From an uncultured archaeon (GTDB taxonomy: Archaea; Thermoproteota; EX4484-205; JAAOZP01): 64,000 nt of DNA. Positions 59,054-64,000 of this stretch are shown here, piece by piece. The stretch lies in contig CALIBN010000017.1 in the NCBI GenBank assembly GCA_938045545.1, positions 32,001-96,000 of the forward strand, in the 5' to 3' direction. A program made the translations under genes and the position numbers. The notes beneath the pieces are model-generated. The model saw nothing but the letters and a program-made list of their open reading frames with translations. It was not told the DNA's origin and did not search any database. Every line of letters begins with the position of its first letter. Position 1 is the stretch's first letter.

Positions 59054-59614
59054 TTGAAGCAAAATGTTTATATTGCATCGTTTGTTTCCCGGACTATGGC
59101 AGGGTCAGGTTATGAAATAGCAAGGTTTCTCTATTGTTCCGGGCTGTTCGAGGAGGAAGTCGCCAAGAGGTATCGTCACGTGGCTGAAATTACACGCGAC
59201 GCAAACATTAAGTGTCTATTGAATTACATTGCTGACGACTCTTATAAGCATGCTGCAATGTTTAAGGCTCTCAGCGGGTATCTGACAAATGTTGACAGGA
59301 GTGTTTTTGAAGACTGTGAAAAGGTCTTGGGAAGCCTATGGAGGAATATCACTGAGCATTCGAGAAGTATACGGGGGGAGAGCGAAATAGGTAACCAGGA
59401 GCTCCTCAAGCTGATAGATGGTTTAGAGAAGTTTGAGGGTTTCGTGGCGGAAGAGTATTTGTCAGTTTTAAACGTGAAAACCATCGAGCTCATGGCACGA
59501 GAGACAGGGTTACCAATTGAACCTTACAGAATGATTTTTGAGTGGATGGTTGAGGATGAAAAGAGGCATGAGCAAATTCTAAAAATCATTAAGAATCATG
59601 TGTTGCATGGATGA
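59054..59614 (+). CDS. Ferritin-like/rubrerythrin-family four-helix-bundle protein
   Basis: FEEEVAKRY, DSYKH and EDEKRH motifs; start uncertain. Confidence 0.7.
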   Translation: MKQNVYIASFVSRTMAGSGYEIARFLYCSGLFEEEVAKRYRHVAEITRDANIKCLLNYIADDSYKHAAMFKALSGYLTNVDRSVFEDCEKVLGSLWRNITEHSRSIRGESEIGNQELLKLIDGLEKFEGFVAEEYLSVLNVKTIELMARETGLPIEPYRMIFEWMVEDEKRHEQILKIIKNHVLHG

Positions 59615-59718
59615 GCTTGACAATGAGAATGGTTCCCCCTTATGGGGATGGTTAACAATAGGCTGGATGCGTTAAAAGAATTACTCCCACTATTGTCCCA
59701 TAGTTTAAGCAATGAAAC

Positions 59719-59812
59719 CGGGCCCGCTGGGATTTGAACCCAGGTTCTCCGGCTCCGAAGGCCTACGCGAGCAATCCTCTCGACGCCTTTATCCTGGCTT
59801 GGCCACGGGCCC
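59719..59812 (-). tRNA. trnR: tRNA-Arg(TCG) with an 18-nt intron at position 29/30
   Basis: GGGCCCG acceptor stem, GGTTCAAATCC T-arm, CT-TCG-GA anticodon loop; intron AGAGGATTGCTCGCGTAG (59763-59780) forms a BHB-like motif. Confidence 0.92.
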
Positions 59813-60025
59813 TGTGTAACCATGCTAAACGTTATACTTAAATCTGTATTCGGTCAAACAATATTGTAATGATGCGTGCGGTTAAAAACTCGCGGGCCAA
59901 TTGAACGGTTAATTGTCAACTTTCAATAAACTAATGGTGGAAAATGCGTGAGATAATAATATGGTTAACCGATTGCAAAAGGATAAATAGTTAGCTGTTT
60001 GAGGCCGTTTGGAGGTGACCGAGAC

Positions 60026-60300
60026 TTGAAGCAGGGGCGGTGGCTGCCACGGCAGCGGCCAGAAGAATAGCGGAAGCCGTGAAGTCATCTGGAGCAATAG
60101 TTGAGGTCGAGAAGAACTTCACAGATATACTTGCTAGGTCAATAAGCCTTAGTTATAATGGCTCTAGGCGGAGTAGTAAAGAAAAACTATAGGAATCTTG
60201 TAGGATACAAGGGTTTTGTCTTCTTCACCCGGTCAAAACCCCTTAGAGTTACCTAGTGGAATAGATGTGATTGTAGCGAAGCGTATTTGGATACCTAGCT
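60026..60300 (+). pseudogene. Decayed conserved hypothetical gene (IAEAVKSSGAIV...YKGFVFFT...AKRIWIP family)
   Basis: Family-like peptide segments spread over several frames. Confidence 0.55.
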
Positions 60301-60349
60301 ACCCTCGCGCGCGCAATTAATTGCAATTAACACGGAATTAAATGGTTTC

Positions 60350-61861
60350 TCATATTTTTCTGAAAACTATCTCCGGCCTACTCACCCTGTGTCCAGGCTT
60401 AATCGCAAGCCCCCCCGCTGAATCCCATCCGTAGTCTTCAGGCAAGCCCTCGAGATTAAGCATCTTCCAAATCTTCTCGGATGAGCTTGGCAAGTATGGC
60501 CGTAAAACTATAGCCAGCGTTCTCACGGCGTTCACGCAGATGAACAATGCGTCAGGATCCTTAGTTTTCCAAGGCTCCTTAACCTGCAGGAACCTGTTGC
60601 ATTGAATAGCGAAGTCAGCAACCTCTTTCAGGGCCCTGTCTATTTCATAATTTTCGAGCCTGTCTCTCATAATGCTGGGAAGCTTCCTAATGCTTTCAAC
60701 AAGCTTTATGCATTCCTCGTCCTTCTCATAATTCTTCGGCTCAGGCACTTCGCCAGCGTAAAGATTCCAAATGAGTGTTAAAGTTCTGTGAATAAAGTTC
60801 CCAATGTTTCCAACAAGCTCCCCGTTAACCCTCTCCACCAGTGCTTTCTCAGTGAAATCACCGTCCTCGAAGAAAGGAATATCCCTCGCTAGAAAATATC
60901 TCACAGCATCAACCTCATACTTCTCCAACAGCTTAAACGGGTCGATTGCAGTTCCCTTCGACTTCGAGAGCTTCTCCCCACCTATAGTTATGTACCCATG
61001 GACAAGAATATGCTTAGGTAGCGGAATGCCACATGAAAGCAGTATCGCCGGCCATATAACAGAGTGAAACCAATTTATACCCTTGCCTATAAGGTGGACA
61101 TCCGCAGGCCAGTACTTCTTATACTTCTCCCCATCAGGGTAGCCCAGTGCTGAAACATAGTTTACCAGTGCGTCGACCCAGACGTATATCTTGTGCTTAG
61201 GGTCGAAGGGGACGTTGACGCCCCAGCTTATGCGCGACCTGCTTACCGCCAGGTCCTTAAGGCCCTCGGTTTTTATTCTGGCCAGGATCTCCTGCTTCCT
61301 CTTCTCAGGTATGATGAACCTGTTTCTTTCGATAAGCTCTAGCACAGGCTTCTCATACTTGCTCAGCTTGAAGAAGTAGCATTCTTCCTCAATATGCTCT
61401 GGCTCAGTGCCGTGCTCTGGGCACTTGCCGTCGACAAGGTCTTTCTCAGTCTTATACTCCTCGCAGCCGTAGCAGTATAGGCCGCTGTAGCTGCTCTTGT
61501 AGATGTCTCCGTTTTTAAACATTTTCGCGAATATTAGTTGCGAGACTTTTCGGTGCCTGTCCTCAGTCGTCCTTATGAAGTCATCATTAGAGATGTGGAA
61601 TGCTTTACAAAGCTCTTGAAACCTCTTAGCGTTCCTATCTATAAATTCCTTAACCTCTAAACCGGCTTCCTTAGCTGCCCTCTCGTTCTTCGCAGCGTTC
61701 TCGTCAGTACCTGTTAGGAAGTAAACATCTCTGCCGACGAGCCTGTTCCATCTCGCTATAATGTCTGCGCAAACCTTCTCGTAAAGATGGCCTAGATGTG
61801 GGTAAGCGTTAACATAGTCGATCGCAGTCGTTATGTAGAATTTCTCCTGCTTTAAGCTCAT
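60350..61861 (-). CDS. metG: Methionyl-tRNA synthetase (short, single Zn knuckle)
   Basis: HLGH, GTDE, YVWVDALVNY, KLSKS and GNFIHR motifs; ATG at 61861 preferred. Confidence 0.95.
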   Translation of the reverse strand: MSLKQEKFYITTAIDYVNAYPHLGHLYEKVCADIIARWNRLVGRDVYFLTGTDENAAKNERAAKEAGLEVKEFIDRNAKRFQELCKAFHISNDDFIRTTEDRHRKVSQLIFAKMFKNGDIYKSSYSGLYCYGCEEYKTEKDLVDGKCPEHGTEPEHIEEECYFFKLSKYEKPVLELIERNRFIIPEKRKQEILARIKTEGLKDLAVSRSRISWGVNVPFDPKHKIYVWVDALVNYVSALGYPDGEKYKKYWPADVHLIGKGINWFHSVIWPAILLSCGIPLPKHILVHGYITIGGEKLSKSKGTAIDPFKLLEKYEVDAVRYFLARDIPFFEDGDFTEKALVERVNGELVGNIGNFIHRTLTLIWNLYAGEVPEPKNYEKDEECIKLVESIRKLPSIMRDRLENYEIDRALKEVADFAIQCNRFLQVKEPWKTKDPDALFICVNAVRTLAIVLRPYLPSSSEKIWKMLNLEGLPEDYGWDSAGGLAIKPGHRVSRPEIVFRKI

Positions 61862-62052
61862 TATTGGAAACACTGTTTTTCAGAAGATTTAACCTTATCG
61901 TCGGGTAGGAACCCTGTTATTCATACAAGCGTTAAAATATCATTAATGTTGGGTGAACCGTTACTTGACGAGTAAAACTGTTTACGTTCTTCTCAATCTA
62001 TAGCTCTTTAAAGCAATACGCGCTTCAAGACTTATTGTTTAAACAGTTTGGA

Positions 62053-62793
62053 TTAAAGGACGACGTCTAGAATCATCATTGTTACGAAGCCTATGATCAT
62101 GGAAAGCATAGTGTCTTTTCCGAAGCCGCTTGAATGAGCCTCCGGTATCATCTCGCTACCTATAACGTATATCATCGCGCCTGCTCCAAAAGACAGGAAG
62201 AAAGGCAGAAGCCACTGGAAAGCCTGCACTAAGAGGGCGCTAAATAAGGCTCCCAATGGTTCAACAACCCCAGATAATAATCCGAGCAAGACGGATTTCC
62301 CCCTACTCTTACCCAGTTTAACGAAGGGGATGGAGACCGCTGCCCCTTCAGGAAAATCTTGGAGAGCTATGCCGGCCGTTAAGCCCCAGGCGGCTTTAAC
62401 ATTGCCCGATCCGAAAACCACCCCCACTGAGAAGCCTTCAGGCAAGTTGTGCAAGGTTACCGCGGTTACTATCTTAACAAGCCTATTGGATTTCTCGTTT
62501 TCCCCGCTCGTCTTCAAAGGATGCTCATGCGGGATAAAAAGGTCTGAACCGTGCATTAGAACTGCTCCTGCTAGAAAGCCAATGCTGGTTACGAGTATTC
62601 CGCCCATCTCCACAGCAGGTTGGAGAAGGCTGAAGAAGGAGGCGGCCATCATTATTCCTATTGAGAACCCGAAGAAAAAATCCAGCTTCCTCCCTGATAA
62701 GCCTGTCTTGACAAAAGCTATTGTTGCACCCAAGCCTGTTGCGGCTAAACATACGAGACCACCTAAGAAGGCGTTCAACAATATTTCAAGCAT
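62053..62793 (-). CDS. ZIP-family (GufA/ZupT) metal transporter
   Basis: HNLPEG, QDFPEG and EMIPE motifs. Confidence 0.9.
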   Translation of the reverse strand: MLEILLNAFLGGLVCLAATGLGATIAFVKTGLSGRKLDFFFGFSIGIMMAASFFSLLQPAVEMGGILVTSIGFLAGAVLMHGSDLFIPHEHPLKTSGENEKSNRLVKIVTAVTLHNLPEGFSVGVVFGSGNVKAAWGLTAGIALQDFPEGAAVSIPFVKLGKSRGKSVLLGLLSGVVEPLGALFSALLVQAFQWLLPFFLSFGAGAMIYVIGSEMIPEAHSSGFGKDTMLSMIIGFVTMMILDVVL

Positions 62794-62898
62794 AAGGCTA
62801 CTCCGGTGACACTCCGTAAAAACTTTTTCCCAACGAGTTTAACCTGTTTACCAATTCAGTTGATTATGAGAGAAAACTCCGAATAACAAGAATTTTTG

Positions 62899-63456
62899 TT
62901 AGAATCCGACATACTTGTCTTTAGGTGCGTTGCATATCGGGCATTTCTCCGGCGGCTCGTCGCCAACGTAAGTATGGCCGCATATCGGGCATATCCAGAT
63001 TCTTCCCTTGAGAGGCCAGTCCTTCTTCTGGTCAACATAGCTCTTAGCCTCTCTGTATAGTTGGGCATGAATCTTCTCAGCCTCATAGGCCCATTTGAAG
63101 CTTAGTTCAGCAGCCTTCTCCCCTTGAAACCTTGCTACTTCAATAAAGGTTGGGTACATCTCGTTAACCTCGTATTCTTCACCAATTATCCCGAGCTCGA
63201 GGTTCTTACGGGTGTCTCCCGGCCCTGCCGGGGTCCCGGAGGCCACTTTAAAATCCTCCTTAAAGTTTTTCAACTTATCATAGTGGTTTCTTGCGTGGAT
63301 AAACTCTGCGAATGCTATTGCCCTGAAAAGCCTTGAAACATTAGGATAATTCTCCTTTTCAGCGATGTCGGCGAACACTAGGTATCTCATGTGAGCCATG
63401 GATTCTCCACCAAAGGCGCTCAGAAGAAGGTCTCTTGTAGCAAGTCTTATACTCAT
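62899..63456 (-). CDS. rbr: Rubrerythrin
   Basis: AFGGESMA, AEFIHA, EKIH motifs; C-terminal CPICG..CPIC. Confidence 0.93.
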   Translation of the reverse strand: MSIRLATRDLLLSAFGGESMAHMRYLVFADIAEKENYPNVSRLFRAIAFAEFIHARNHYDKLKNFKEDFKVASGTPAGPGDTRKNLELGIIGEEYEVNEMYPTFIEVARFQGEKAAELSFKWAYEAEKIHAQLYREAKSYVDQKKDWPLKGRIWICPICGHTYVGDEPPEKCPICNAPKDKYVGF

Positions 63457-63532
63457 GGTTTTTCACCGGAAGAGATGCGAATAATCGACTTTTAAGCGTT
63501 TTCCGAAATACTAATCTCAGAAATTTTTATGG

Positions 63533-63919
63533 CTACTTGCTGAAAACCTTTGAGCAGATTCTGCATTTAACAATATCCATCGTAGGGTTTATCTTTTTAT
63601 GAGTCCCGCAGAAATATTTCTTCGACATGAAGTAGGTTGCTATCTCGGCAATTTCTTCTTGAACCCTGTATTCGTCCATTTCTCCCTGAATAATGTTTTC
63701 AGCCAATTTCTCGACTAGATTCATCACGTCTTCAAGCCCAGCTATTTTTATGAGCACTCCTCTCTCAGAGTTTAAGTATCTTGAGACCGCTGAACGCGAC
63801 AATCCTAGAAGTTCTGCAGCTTCCCTCCTAAGCATTCCTTTCTCAACTAGTTTGCCAGCTAGGGCACGTCTTACTGATGGCACGACGTATCTGTACGTTA
63901 ACTCGAACACGTCCTCCAC
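63533..63919 (-). CDS. Archaeal HTH transcriptional regulator with a C-terminal Cys/His motif (COG2522-like)
   Basis: VVPSVRRALA..AELLGLSRSAVSRYL..RG; CGTH..CRIC. Confidence 0.82.
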   Translation of the reverse strand: MEDVFELTYRYVVPSVRRALAGKLVEKGMLRREAAELLGLSRSAVSRYLNSERGVLIKIAGLEDVMNLVEKLAENIIQGEMDEYRVQEEIAEIATYFMSKKYFCGTHKKINPTMDIVKCRICSKVFSK

Positions 63920-63923
63920 TTTT

Positions 63924-64000
63924 TCAGAGCACCATTATCTTCCTCTTCACTTCATCAGGGTTGTCCACGACTTCTGTTAAATCCTCAACTATCTCGATGG
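63924..64000 (-). CDS. 3' end of a gene running off the window edge
   Basis: Open frame IEIVEDLTEVVDNPDEVKRKIMVL* ending just upstream of the regulator. Confidence 0.45.
   Translation of the reverse strand, partial: IEIVEDLTEVVDNPDEVKRKIMVL

Overview
This is archaeal genomic DNA of about 50% GC with AT-rich patches. Gene content and a tRNA intron at a non-canonical position point to a probably thermophilic, anaerobic TACK-type lineage; the taxon cannot be fixed from sequence alone. In order, the window holds: (1) a phosphorylative sugar-catabolism set (class II aldolase, FGGY kinase, TIM-barrel isomerase) and a HAD phosphatase; (2) a toxin-antitoxin cluster, including a HEPN gene paired with an MNT that carries an extra Cas2/VapD-like domain; (3) a divergently arranged type IV pilus-like locus with a 1124-aa pilin-signal adhesin and an intein-containing assembly ATPase; (4) a tetraether-lipid-synthase-type radical SAM gene with a mini-intein inside its CxxxCxxC motif; (5) polyamine genes; (6) an unannotated 19-aa lysine-rich micro-ORF with its own promoter and terminator; (7) an orphan IS200/IS605 right end (omegaRNA-like); (8) a MoaD-AOR-ferredoxin operon divergent from polyferredoxin and an HdrA-MvhD fusion; (9) a decayed nuclease-toxin-like island abutting a lysA remnant; (10) tldD/pmbA, sppA, two purP homologs, hppA, a Ca2+ P-type ATPase, a second MNT-HEPN pair, a GNAT-M50 fusion and a Thr-nucleophile sulfatase-like gene; (11) tRNA-Arg(TCG) with an intron at 29/30, a bacterial-type MetRS, a ZIP transporter and rubrerythrin. 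All calls come from reading motifs by eye; no searches were run.
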